A stretch of 64,000 nt of DNA from Candidatus Eiseniibacteriota bacterium (GTDB taxonomy: Bacteria; Eisenbacteria; RBG-16-71-46; CAVPCR01): contig CAVPCR010000001.1 of assembly GCA_963702435.1 (NCBI GenBank), positions 416,001 through 480,000 on the forward strand, read 5' to 3'. Position 1 is the stretch's first letter; each line of letters starts with the position of its first letter. Below the pieces are notes generated by a model. It was not told the DNA's origin. It searched no databases and saw only the letters and a list, made by a program, of their open reading frames with translations. This document shows, piece after piece, positions 26,242 through 34,989 of the stretch. Both the position numbers and the translations under genes were made by a program.

Positions 26242-26330
26242 GGCCGGGGAGTTCACAGGACCCGACAGCGTTGGCCGCGGGGCCCATGCGCCGGGCCGGG
26301 GAGTTCACAAGACCCGACAGCGTTTGCCGC
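26242..26330. repeat. two 37-bp direct repeats (2 mismatches) separated by 15 bp
   Basis: GGCCGGGGAGTTCACA(G/A)GACCCGACAGCGTT(G/T)GCCGC at 26242-26278 and 26294-26330. Confidence 0.9.
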
Positions 26331-26363
26331 ATGTCTGGCACGCCCGCGAGCGAGCGCGCCCTC

Positions 26364-26393
26364 TTGACGCGCGGCGCGGAGATCGGCTAGACT
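26364..26393 (+). promoter_or_regulatory. putative sigma70 promoter of the rsgA leader
   Basis: TTGACG-18 nt-TAGACT. Confidence 0.65.
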
Positions 26394-26464
26394 CTCCGCA
26401 CTGGTCATCCACGTTCGGGCGCCCGCCCGGATCCATCGAGACTCGCCAACCCTGGAGGTGCCAA

Positions 26465-26521
26465 ATGAGAACCACCACCGCCCAAGTGCTCCAGGGAACC
26501 GCCGCCGGCCGCCAGGCCTAG
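26465..26521 (+). CDS. putative 18-aa leader peptide MRTTTAQVLQGTAAGRQA
   Basis: GGAGG at 26454-26458, 6 nt before the ATG; lies between the promoter and rsgA. Confidence 0.55.
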   Translation: MRTTTAQVLQGTAAGRQA

Positions 26522-26683
26522 CCAGGGTCTCGACCCCCAGCCTTCCGGCCGGCTCCCGCCGGCTCCTCCGCGCCAGGACCGAGCCGCGCGCGTGCGCGCC
26601 GCTCTCCGCATGCGATGACATGACGCGCGGAGCTGCCGTTTGTTTCCCACGCTCGAAGCCATTCACGGCAGAGGAAGACCACC

Positions 26684-27766
26684 TTGATCACTCTCGAATC
26701 ACTCGGATGGAGCTCGTTCTTCGCCCGGCAGATCGACCCGGCCCGGGATCGCGACCGCATCCCGATGCGCGTCGTCGAGGAGCAGCGCGGGAGCTATCGC
26801 CTCCTCGGCGAGAACGGCCGCTGGTACGCGGAGCTCGCCGGCCGGCTCCGCCACGAGGCGGCCACCCCCGGCAGCATGCTCCCCTGCGCCGGCGACTGGG
26901 TCCTCGCCGAGGTGCCTCCCGGCGGGGCGGCGACCGGGACGGCGCTCATTCACCGCGTGCTCGCCCGGCGGAGCAAGTTCTCACGCAAGGAAGCCGGCGC
27001 GCGCACCGTGGAGCAGGTGATCGCCGCCAACGCGGACACCGTGTTCCTGGTCCAGTCCCTGGACCGCGACCTGAATCCGCGCCGGATCGAACGCTATCTC
27101 GCGCTCCTCTGGGAGAGCGGCGCCGAGCCGGTGGTCGTCCTGAGCAAGGCGGACCTGTGCGCGGATCCGGCCCCGCTCGTGGCGGAAGTCGAGCTCGCAG
27201 CACCCGGAGTCGCGGTGCACGTGACGAGCGCCCTCGCTCCGGACGGCCTCGCCGTGCTCGCGCCGTACCTCGCGCCCGGGAAGACCGTGGCCCTCGTCGG
27301 CTCCTCCGGGGTCGGCAAGTCCACGATCGTGAACGGCCTCCTCGGACACGATCTCCAGCGTGTCGCCGGCCTCCGCGCCGACGGCCGCGGGCGGCACACG
27401 ACGACCGCTCGCCAGCTCGTCGTCCTCCCGGGCGGGGCGATGCTCCTCGATACGCCCGGCATGCGCACCGTCCTCATATGGGAAGGCGAGGAAGGACTCG
27501 CGCAGGCGTTCGCCGACGTCGAGGAGCTGGCCCGCGGCTGCCGCTTCACCGACTGCGCGCACGAGGCTGAACCGGGCTGCGCGGTCCGCGCGGCGCTCGC
27601 CGCCGGGGAGCTCGACCCCGATCGCTTCCGGAGCTACGAGAAGCTCCGGCGCGAGATCCGCCACCAGGCCAGGAAGAGCGACATCCGGCTCCGGATCGCG
27701 GAGCAGCAACGCTGGCGGCGGATCCACCTCGAGGCGCGCCGCCGGACCGACAAGCGGCGGGCGTGA
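26684..27766 (+). CDS. rsgA: ribosome small subunit-dependent GTPase A
   Basis: Circularly permuted G motifs SKADL, GSSGVGKST, GRHTTT, DTPG and zinc finger CRFTDCAHEAEPGC; TTG start. Confidence 0.95.
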   Translation: MITLESLGWSSFFARQIDPARDRDRIPMRVVEEQRGSYRLLGENGRWYAELAGRLRHEAATPGSMLPCAGDWVLAEVPPGGAATGTALIHRVLARRSKFSRKEAGARTVEQVIAANADTVFLVQSLDRDLNPRRIERYLALLWESGAEPVVVLSKADLCADPAPLVAEVELAAPGVAVHVTSALAPDGLAVLAPYLAPGKTVALVGSSGVGKSTIVNGLLGHDLQRVAGLRADGRGRHTTTARQLVVLPGGAMLLDTPGMRTVLIWEGEEGLAQAFADVEELARGCRFTDCAHEAEPGCAVRAALAAGELDPDRFRSYEKLRREIRHQARKSDIRLRIAEQQRWRRIHLEARRRTDKRRA

Positions 27767-27769
27767 AGC

Positions 27770-27813
27770 GGCGCCGGACACGGCGCGGGAGTCGTGGCGC
27801 CGGACACGGCGCG
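27770..27813. repeat. two identical 18-bp palindromic units between convergent genes
   Basis: GGCGCCGGACACGGCGCG at 27770 and 27796; each folds as GCGCCG-GACA-CGGCGC. Confidence 0.8.
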
Positions 27814-27838
27814 AGCGTGACGCGAGCGGGAAGAGCGC

Positions 27839-29971
27839 CTACTTCTTCTCGCCCTCGACGACGACGCGCGAGAGATCCCACGTACCGGTGAAGAGCTCCC
27901 GCACGAGGGCGAGGAGCGCGAGCCGCCGCCCGCGCACGGCCGGATCCTCCACCATCACCATCACGTCGTCGAAGAAGCGATCGATCGGGGCGCGGAGCGC
28001 CAGGAGCTCGGCGAGCGCATCCGCGAAGCGGCGCGCGCGCCGGTGCTCGGCGATCCGCCCGCGCGCGGCCGTAGCCGCGTCGTGGAGACCGCGCTCCGCC
28101 GGCTCGGTGAGCGTCGCCGGATCGAGCGGCGGGATGGCGGGCGCAGTACCGCCGGCCGGACCGCGGAGGATGTTGGCCACGCGCTTGTAGCCGACGACGA
28201 GCGGCGCGAAATCGGGCGAGGTCGAGTAGGCGGCGAGCGCCTCGGCGCGATGGCGCACATCGGCCGGATCGTCGAGCGAACCCGCCACCGTGGCGTCGGC
28301 CAGGTCGTAGCGGATACCGCGGTCGGCGAGGAACTGGTCGAGCCGCTGCGCGAAGAAGTCGGCGAGGTCCCCCTTCACCGCGGCCGCATCGCGCCCGCCG
28401 AAGAAGGGCTGGAAGAGCTCGAGCGCGCGGGCAAGAAGGGCCTCGAGGCTCACGTGGCGATCAGCCTCGACCAGGTTCCGGAGGATGCCGTTCGCAGCAC
28501 GGCGCACGGCGAACGGATCTTCCGATCCGCTCGGGATCTTCCCGGCGACGAAGGCGCCGACCACGTGGTCGAGCTTGTCGGCGGTCGCCAGGATCGACCC
28601 GGCGAGCGTCAACGGCAGGCGGTCGTCGGCGCCGCGCGGGAGATACTGCTCGGCGATCGCGGCGCACACCGGGTCCGGCTCGCCGGCGACGCGCGCGTAC
28701 TCGGCGCCGATCCGGCCCTGGAGCCCGGTGAACTCCTTCCCGTCGCGCACCATGTCGGAGACCTGGTCCACCTTGGAGAGGAGCGCCGCGCGCGCGACCA
28801 CCGGCTCGAGCGCCGGATCCCAGGCCCGCGCGATGGTCGCCGCGAGCGCGGCCAGGCGGCGGCTCTTGTCGGCGAGCGTGCCGAGCCCTTCCTGCCACAC
28901 GACCTGGGCGAGCTCGCCCTCCCGCCCGTCCACGCCGCGCGCCGAGTCGCGCTCCCAGTAGAAACGCGCGTCCTCGAGCCGGGCGCGCAGCACCCGCTCG
29001 TGCCCGCCGCGCACGCGGTCGAGATCGAGACCGTCGGCGCCGCCGAGCGGGCCGTTGACCACGCAGAGAAAGTGATTCATGAGGCGGTTGCCGCCCGCGT
29101 CCGCCTCGACCGCGAAGTAGCGCTGGTGGGCCCGCATCGCCGTCGTCACCACATCGCGCGGGAGGGCGAGGAACCTGGGATCGAAGCTCCCGGTGAGGAC
29201 CGACGGCCAGGCGACGAGATAGGCCACCTCGTCCAGGAGATCGGGATCGGGCACCAGGCGGCCGCCGGCCGCCGCGGCCGCAGCGGCGAGCGCCGCCTCG
29301 ATCTGTCGCCGGCGCTCGGCCGCATCCAGCGTGACGCCGTTTTCGGCGAGCACCCGCAGATAATCGTCGGCGCCGGCGACCGGGAACGGACCGCTCCGGT
29401 GGAAGCGGATGCCCGGGGTCTCGTTCCCGGCGCGCACGCCATCCAGCTCGAGCGGGAGCACATCGGCGCCATGGAGGGCCACGAGCCAGCGGATCGGCCG
29501 CGCGAAGCGGAGGTCCGAGGACGTCCAGCGCATGGTGCGCGGGAACGGCATGGCGCGCGTCGCGGCGAGGAGGATCGGCGGCACCACCTCGCCGGCCGGA
29601 AGCCCCGGCCGCCGGATCCGGGCGGCGACGTACTCGCCCTTCTCGGTGGTTGCGCGCTCGAGCGCCTCGACCGCCACACCCTGCCCGCGGGCGAAGCCGC
29701 GCGCCGCGTTCGTGGGCTGGCCCTGGGCGTCGAAGGCGACGCTCACCGCCGGGCCGAGGGCGACCCGCTCGAGATCGCGCTGGCGCTCGGCGAGTCCGCG
29801 CACGATGAGAACGAAGCGGCGCGGTGTGGCATGGCGCTCGATCGCCGCGAAGTCGAGCCGCTCGTCGGCGAGCTTGGCCGCCACCGTGTCGGCGAGCGCC
29901 GCGAGCGCGGGCTCGCTGTAGGAGGCGGGGATCTCCTCGACCCCGATCTCGTAGAGGAGGTCCCGGCTCAT
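27839..29971 (-). CDS. glyS: glycine--tRNA ligase beta subunit
   Basis: [45 protein letters not shown] and FFDDVMVM motifs; ATGA overlap with glyQ. Confidence 0.96.
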   Translation of the reverse strand: MSRDLLYEIGVEEIPASYSEPALAALADTVAAKLADERLDFAAIERHATPRRFVLIVRGLAERQRDLERVALGPAVSVAFDAQGQPTNAARGFARGQGVAVEALERATTEKGEYVAARIRRPGLPAGEVVPPILLAATRAMPFPRTMRWTSSDLRFARPIRWLVALHGADVLPLELDGVRAGNETPGIRFHRSGPFPVAGADDYLRVLAENGVTLDAAERRRQIEAALAAAAAAAGGRLVPDPDLLDEVAYLVAWPSVLTGSFDPRFLALPRDVVTTAMRAHQRYFAVEADAGGNRLMNHFLCVVNGPLGGADGLDLDRVRGGHERVLRARLEDARFYWERDSARGVDGREGELAQVVWQEGLGTLADKSRRLAALAATIARAWDPALEPVVARAALLSKVDQVSDMVRDGKEFTGLQGRIGAEYARVAGEPDPVCAAIAEQYLPRGADDRLPLTLAGSILATADKLDHVVGAFVAGKIPSGSEDPFAVRRAANGILRNLVEADRHVSLEALLARALELFQPFFGGRDAAAVKGDLADFFAQRLDQFLADRGIRYDLADATVAGSLDDPADVRHRAEALAAYSTSPDFAPLVVGYKRVANILRGPAGGTAPAIPPLDPATLTEPAERGLHDAATAARGRIAEHRRARRFADALAELLALRAPIDRFFDDVMVMVEDPAVRGRRLALLALVRELFTGTWDLSRVVVEGEKK

Positions 29972-30918
29972 GACGCCCCCGGCGCGGCGGCGGCCGCCGC
30001 CGGTTCCTTCGCTCCCTCGCCCGCGGCGGCGAGGAGCTTCGCCCGCGCCGCCGGATCGAGGAGCGGATAGCCGAGCTCCCGCCGCTTCTCGAGATGGGCG
30101 CGCGCCGCCCGCCGCGCGAGCTTCCGCACGCGCGCGATGAAGGCCACGCGCTCGGCCGGGCTCACCGCGCCGCGCGCGTCGAGCAGGTTGAACAGGTGCG
30201 AGCACTTGATGCAGTAGTCGTAACCGGGGAGGACGAGCCCCGCGTCGAGGAGGCGGAGCGACTCGGCCTCGAAGCGGGTGAACAGGTCGCGGTTCAGCTC
30301 GGCGTTGGAGAGCTCGAAGTTGTACGTGGACCACTCGCGCTCCGCCTCCACGTTCAGCTGTTCCCAGCGCACCGCGTCCGACCAGCGGAGATCGTGGAAG
30401 CGCTCGACGCCCTGCAGGTACATGGCGATGCGCTCGACGCCGTAGGTGATCTCGGCGGTGATCGGATCGAGATCGTAGCCGCCGCACTGCTGGAAGTAGG
30501 TGAACTGCGTGATCTCCATCCCGTCGAGCCACACCTCCCAGCCGAGCCCCCAGGCGCCGAGGGTGGGCGACTCCCAGTCGTCCTCGACGAGCCGCACGTC
30601 GTGCCGCCGGAGATCGAGCCCGATCGCGCCGAGCGAGCCGAAGTAGAGATCGAGGACGTCGGCCGGGGCGGGCTTGAGCACGACCTGGTACTGGTAGAAC
30701 TGCTGCACGCGGTTCGGATTCTCGCCGTAGCGCCCGTCCTTGGGGCGGCGCGACGGCTCGACGTAACCGGCCTGCCAGGGCTCGGGGCCGAGCGCGCGGA
30801 GGAAGGTAGCCGGGTTGAAGGTGCCGGCGCCCACCTCGCTCGGGTACGGCTGGAGGAGGAGACACCCCTTCGCCGACCAGTACGCGGCGAGCCTCTCTAG
30901 CATCGTCTGCAGGTTCAT
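29968..30918 (-). CDS. glyQ: glycine--tRNA ligase alpha subunit
   Basis: [44 protein letters not shown] and EITYGVER motifs. Confidence 0.98.
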   Translation of the reverse strand: MNLQTMLERLAAYWSAKGCLLLQPYPSEVGAGTFNPATFLRALGPEPWQAGYVEPSRRPKDGRYGENPNRVQQFYQYQVVLKPAPADVLDLYFGSLGAIGLDLRRHDVRLVEDDWESPTLGAWGLGWEVWLDGMEITQFTYFQQCGGYDLDPITAEITYGVERIAMYLQGVERFHDLRWSDAVRWEQLNVEAEREWSTYNFELSNAELNRDLFTRFEAESLRLLDAGLVLPGYDYCIKCSHLFNLLDARGAVSPAERVAFIARVRKLARRAARAHLEKRRELGYPLLDPAARAKLLAAAGEGAKEPAAAAAAPGAS

Positions 30919-31019
30919 GGCGGACGACTGTAGCACGCCCGCGCCGCGGGCGGGCTCACCGCTCGCGGTGAAGGCGCGCTCGAGCGGAGCCTCCTCGGGA
31001 CGGCGGCGGCGCGCCGCTC

Positions 31020-31190
31020 TTCCGCCGCGCGGCCGAGCGCCTTCACGCGGCCCCAGGTCGCGGGCTCAGCCGCAGTCGCGCAACTGCAGCCCACCGGGAG
31101 CGCGCCGATCAAGCCGCAGCCGCCGGCCGCCGGCGTCCGGTCCAGGGACAAGGCGCTGTTGCCGAGCCCGCCGCCGTTGTTCGAGGGCCC
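31020..31190 (-). pseudogene. orphan C-terminal fragment of a TWG-tail secreted protein
   Basis: Reads ...[30 protein letters not shown] with no signal peptide or RBS; resembles the tails of 16835-17398 and 55032-55661. Confidence 0.5.
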
Positions 31191-31198
31191 GGCCGGCG

Positions 31199-32119
31199 CT
31201 ACTCGTTCGCGCTCACCTCGCGCACCACCTTGAGCGAGCGGAGACCGCGGTAGCGCGGCAGATGCATGCGCATGAACGCGTCGAGCGCGCGTGCCAGCTC
31301 ATCGCCGAGCGCGCGCTCGAGGGCGGGGCCCGCAGGGGCGGCGAACGCCGCGGGAACCGCGGGCGCGGCGGGGGGGCCGGCCGGCCCGGGCAGCGCCGCG
31401 GGCGCTCCGGCCGCGGCGAGCCGTGCGGCGGACGTCCCGGCCGCGGCGAGCGGTGCCGCGGGCGCTCCGGCCGCGGCGAGCCGTGCGGCGGACGTCCCGG
31501 CCGCGCCGAGCAACGCGGCGAGCGTCGCCCGCGCCGCCGCCGAGAAGGGCGTCGCTGCGGCATCGTTCGCGGCGCAGCGGGGGCACACGACCCCGCCGCG
31601 CGCCGCATTCCACGCCGCTCCCTCCCCCGCCTCGCCGCCGCAGGTGACGCAGCGCCCGAGCTCCGGCCGGTAGCCGAGCACGGCGAGGAGCTGCGCCACG
31701 TAGCCCATGAACGCGCCGCGCAGCGCATCCTCGGGAACCTGCTCGAGCGAGGTGAGTGCCGCCTGCACGAGCCCGTACAGCACCCCCGGCGGCTCCTCGC
31801 CGGCGAGCGCCTGGTCGAGGAGCTCGACCACCGCGCTCGCGTAGGCGAAGCGCAGGATCGAGCTGGCGAGAACCGCGTGTCGCGCGCGGATCTCCGCCTG
31901 GCTCAGGAACTGGAGATCGCGCTCGGGCTTGTAGTAGATGACCGCGCCGATCGTCGTGAACGGTTCGAGCGCGGCGCCGAAGCGGCTCCTCGGCCCGCGC
32001 ACGCCCTTGGCCACCACGGCGAGACGCCCGCGCTCCGGCGACAGGAGCTGCACGATGCGGCTCGTTTCTCCGAGCGGATACGAGCGGATGACGATCGCCT
32101 CGATCTTCTCGATGCCCAT
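31199..32119 (-). CDS. recO: DNA repair protein RecO with Ala-rich insertion
   Basis: AIVIRSYPLGETSRIV, VAKGVRGPRSRFGAALEPF, LGYRPEL and CxxC...CxxC zinc finger; located upstream of glyQS. Confidence 0.92.
   Translation of the reverse strand: MGIEKIEAIVIRSYPLGETSRIVQLLSPERGRLAVVAKGVRGPRSRFGAALEPFTTIGAVIYYKPERDLQFLSQAEIRARHAVLASSILRFAYASAVVELLDQALAGEEPPGVLYGLVQAALTSLEQVPEDALRGAFMGYVAQLLAVLGYRPELGRCVTCGGEAGEGAAWNAARGGVVCPRCAANDAAATPFSAAARATLAALLGAAGTSAARLAAAGAPAAPLAAAGTSAARLAAAGAPAALPGPAGPPAAPAVPAAFAAPAGPALERALGDELARALDAFMRMHLPRYRGLRSLKVVREVSANE
31395..31505 (-). repeat. exact 51-bp duplication (period 60) inside recO
   Basis: 31395-31445 is identical to 31455-31505; encodes AAGTSAARLAAAGAPAA twice. 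Confidence 0.9.
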
Positions 32120-32147
32120 GCCGTTCCCGCCCTGCCCGCCGCTCCGG

Positions 32148-33434
32148 CTAGCGCGCCGCGCCGGGCGGGCGCCGCCGCGCCTCGCGCGCCCGGCGGTAGC
32201 GCACGGCCAGGATCCGCCGCTCGTCGGCGGCGAGGATCTCGAGATCACCACCCGGGAGCGGCACGTGCTCGTGCGCGTGCGGGATCCGCCCGAGGGTGAA
32301 CAGGATGTAGCCGGCGAGGGTCTGGTAGTCGCCCGCCGGGAGGGCGAGGCCGACGAGCTCGTTCACCCGCTCGATCTTCAGGAACGGGTTCAGGACCCAG
32401 GTGTCCTCGTCGGCGCGGGTGTACTCGAACTCCGCGCGTTCGGCGTCGGCGGCGACCTCCCCGACGAGTTCCCCGATCAGGTCGTGCAGGTTGGCGATCC
32501 CGGCGAGCGCGCCGAACTCGTCCACGACGAGGACGAACGAGGTGCCCTCGGCCCGCATCTCCGCGACGAGATCCGCGACGCGCTTCGATTCGGGGACCAC
32601 CTCGGCCGGACGGGCGTGGAGATCCACGTAGTCGCTCGGCGGAACGCCGAGAAGATCGGCCACGCTCACCGTCACCCCGACGTCGTCGAGCGACAACCCG
32701 TAGACCGGGTACGTGCCGCGCCGGGTCGTGCGCACGATGCGCGCGAGCTCGCCGACCGTCGAGCCGCTCTCGACGCCGACCACCTCGGCACGCGGGGTCA
32801 TCACCTCATCCACGGTGGCCGCGACGAAGGCGAGCACATCGCGGAGCCCCGACGGCGCGGGCGGCGGCGCAACACCCGGTGCGGGGAGCGGGGCGGCGGG
32901 CGGCCGCGGCGCGGGAGCCGGCGCGCCGGGCGGCGCCGCCGGCGGCACGAACGGCGGCACGAACGGCGCCACGATCAGATCCGCGGCCCGCGCCAGCGGA
33001 TGGAACACGCTCGCGAGCGCGCGCACGGCGGGTGTGGTCCGGCCGAGGATCCGGGCCTCCCGGCCGGCGGCCAGCCGCTCGGGCCAGAAGACACCGAGGA
33101 GCGCGGCCAGGACCGCGCAGGCGACGAGGATCGCCGCTTCCCGCGTGCCGCCGCCGAGGAGCGGCGCCAGCGCGGTGGCGGCCGCCGCGAGCGCCACGAC
33201 CGCGCCCGCCTCGAGGTCTCGCGCCGCGCGCACGAAGCGGGCGAGCACCTCGCGGATCGGCGCCCCCGCGTTGGCCTGGTCCTCGGCATCCGCGGGGGCC
33301 GGCGCCCGTTCTGCATCCGGCCAGGCCAGCGTTTCGGGATCGAGCCTGCGGATCGAGACCGCGAGGAGGCGAAACCAGCCCGACGCCACGAGGGCGACGA
33401 GCGCGAACGCGAGGGCGAGCGCGGACCCGGTCAT
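32148..33434 (-). CDS. hemolysin/CNNM-family CBS + CorC_HlyC domain membrane protein
   Basis: Hydrophobic N-terminus; VMTPRAEV, VPESKRV, VVDEFGALAG, LIGELVGE and YQTLAGYI motifs. Confidence 0.8.
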   Translation of the reverse strand: MTGSALALAFALVALVASGWFRLLAVSIRRLDPETLAWPDAERAPAPADAEDQANAGAPIREVLARFVRAARDLEAGAVVALAAAATALAPLLGGGTREAAILVACAVLAALLGVFWPERLAAGREARILGRTTPAVRALASVFHPLARAADLIVAPFVPPFVPPAAPPGAPAPAPRPPAAPLPAPGVAPPPAPSGLRDVLAFVAATVDEVMTPRAEVVGVESGSTVGELARIVRTTRRGTYPVYGLSLDDVGVTVSVADLLGVPPSDYVDLHARPAEVVPESKRVADLVAEMRAEGTSFVLVVDEFGALAGIANLHDLIGELVGEVAADAERAEFEYTRADEDTWVLNPFLKIERVNELVGLALPAGDYQTLAGYILFTLGRIPHAHEHVPLPGGDLEILAADERRILAVRYRRAREARRRPPGAAR

Positions 33435-34441
33435 GCCTCTGCTCCCGGGGAGCCGGCATCCGCGAGGTCGCCGGGAGCGGCCGGATCGTCCGCTTCCGGC
33501 GCCGCGAGGAGCCAGCCGATCACGTCGGCGAGCGTCACGAGTCCGCTGATCTCCCCGCTCGCCTCGCGCACGAGCGACATCGCGCCGTATCCGTGTCGCC
33601 ACTCCGCGAGCAGGGTGCCGAGCGTCGTGTCCGGGCCGACGATCGATGGCTCGCGCGCGATGGCGCCGAGATTGGGGGCAGCCACGAGGCCCTGCTCGAC
33701 GAGGAAGAGATCCTTGAGATGCACGACGCCGACCACGTCGTCGAGATCCCGCCCGCACACGGGAAGCCGGCTGTGCCGGCCGGCGCGCATGCGCTCGACC
33801 GCCACCGGCACCGCATCACGGAGCCCGACCCAGGCGATGGCGGCGCGCGGTCGCATGATGGCGGTGACCGGCGTCTCGCGCAGGTGGAGCACGCGCCCGA
33901 GGAGGAGCCGTACTTCCGCCGTTTCGACCGCGCTCTCGAGCGCGGTCTCCGCGCTGGCGTCGAGGAGTCGCCCGAGGAGCTTCGCCTCGTCGGCCGCCGG
34001 TTCCGCCTCCGGCAGCGCCGCGCGCCGGCGCACGAGATGCGCGACCAGCGGACGGAAGGGATAGGCGAATCGCCCGAGCCACGGCCCGGGCGCTCGCGGC
34101 GGGCGCCGCGCCCGGGCGGCGCCGAGCCGCGCCGGGAGCGCGAGGCCGAACACGAGGCCGGCTGCGGCCGCGGCGGCGAAGGCCGCGCCGGGAGTGGGCA
34201 CCAGCGCGCGGACGACCTCCGCGACGAGGAGAAGCGCGGGCCCGAGGAGCGCGAGCGACAGGATCTCGGCGGTCAGGGCCGGGGCGAGCGCCGGTTCCGG
34301 CCCGGCGGCGACGCCCGGCGCCGCGGCGCGCCGCGCGGCGAGCGCCAGGGCCAGGGCGCGCGCCATGGCGGCGAGGACGAGGAGCCCGAGGGCAAGTCCC
34401 GCCTCGATCCAGAGCCCGGTGGCCGGAGGTCCGCCGCTCAT
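33431..34441 (-). CDS. divergent CNNM/CBS-pair membrane protein lacking the CorC_HlyC domain
   Basis: Hydrophobic N-terminus; IMRPRAAI, HSRLPV, VVGVVHLKD and GLVTLADVI motifs. Confidence 0.75.
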   Translation of the reverse strand: MSGGPPATGLWIEAGLALGLLVLAAMARALALALAARRAAAPGVAAGPEPALAPALTAEILSLALLGPALLLVAEVVRALVPTPGAAFAAAAAAGLVFGLALPARLGAARARRPPRAPGPWLGRFAYPFRPLVAHLVRRRAALPEAEPAADEAKLLGRLLDASAETALESAVETAEVRLLLGRVLHLRETPVTAIMRPRAAIAWVGLRDAVPVAVERMRAGRHSRLPVCGRDLDDVVGVVHLKDLFLVEQGLVAAPNLGAIAREPSIVGPDTTLGTLLAEWRHGYGAMSLVREASGEISGLVTLADVIGWLLAAPEADDPAAPGDLADAGSPGAEA

Positions 34442-34989
34442 CGCTCGATCGCGGTGACGAGCCGATCGATCACGGCCGCGCTCCGCCCGAGGATCGCATG
34501 CTCGACGGCGCGCATCCGCCGCCGATCGCCGGTGCGCTGGTGATCGAAGCCCCTGAGATGCAGGAGGCCGTGGACGACGAGACGCGCGAGCTCGCGCGCC
34601 GGCGCATGGCGATAGCGGCGCGCCTGCACGAGCACGCGCTCGGCCGCGATCACCACCTCGCCGCTCCGCGGCTCGCCGGGGATGCGCGCGGCGCGGAGAT
34701 CGAACGACAGGACGTCGGTCGTGCGATCCAGACCGCGGAACGTGTGGTTCAGGCGGCGCATCGCCGGATCGTCGACGAGGACGAGACTCACCGCGTCGTA
34801 CCCGCAGTCGGCGTCTGCCCCGCGGGCGGCACCGGCGACCCGCGCGGCTCCCGCCCGGCGATCGGCGTCCGCCCCGCGCAGAGCGGGTCGCTCCGGCTCA
34901 GGCGCCGCGAGTGCGATGAGGGCGATCTTCCGGAGCGCGCTCCTCGAGACGGCGAGGCGGTGCTGCCGGCTCTCGATCCACACCCGCAT
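34438..34989 (-). CDS. ybeY: rRNA maturation endoribonuclease YbeY
   Basis: LNHTFRGLDRTTDVLSF and HGLLHLRGFDH motifs. Confidence 0.92.
   Translation of the reverse strand: MRVWIESRQHRLAVSRSALRKIALIALAAPEPERPALRGADADRRAGAARVAGAARGADADCGYDAVSLVLVDDPAMRRLNHTFRGLDRTTDVLSFDLRAARIPGEPRSGEVVIAAERVLVQARRYRHAPARELARLVVHGLLHLRGFDHQRTGDRRRMRAVEHAILGRSAAVIDRLVTAIER

Noticed and set aside
26242..26330. CRISPR array
   Set aside because: Only two repeats, the 15-bp spacer is too short, and there are no cas genes in the window; kept as an unexplained repeat.
27839..30865. Apparent long N-terminal extensions or fusions in the ORF track (glyS, aspS, hisS, aroF, clpB, pyrR, phoH)
   Set aside because: Internal ATGs with RBS or stop-start overlaps give normal-length proteins; the extensions overlap neighbouring genes in other frames.
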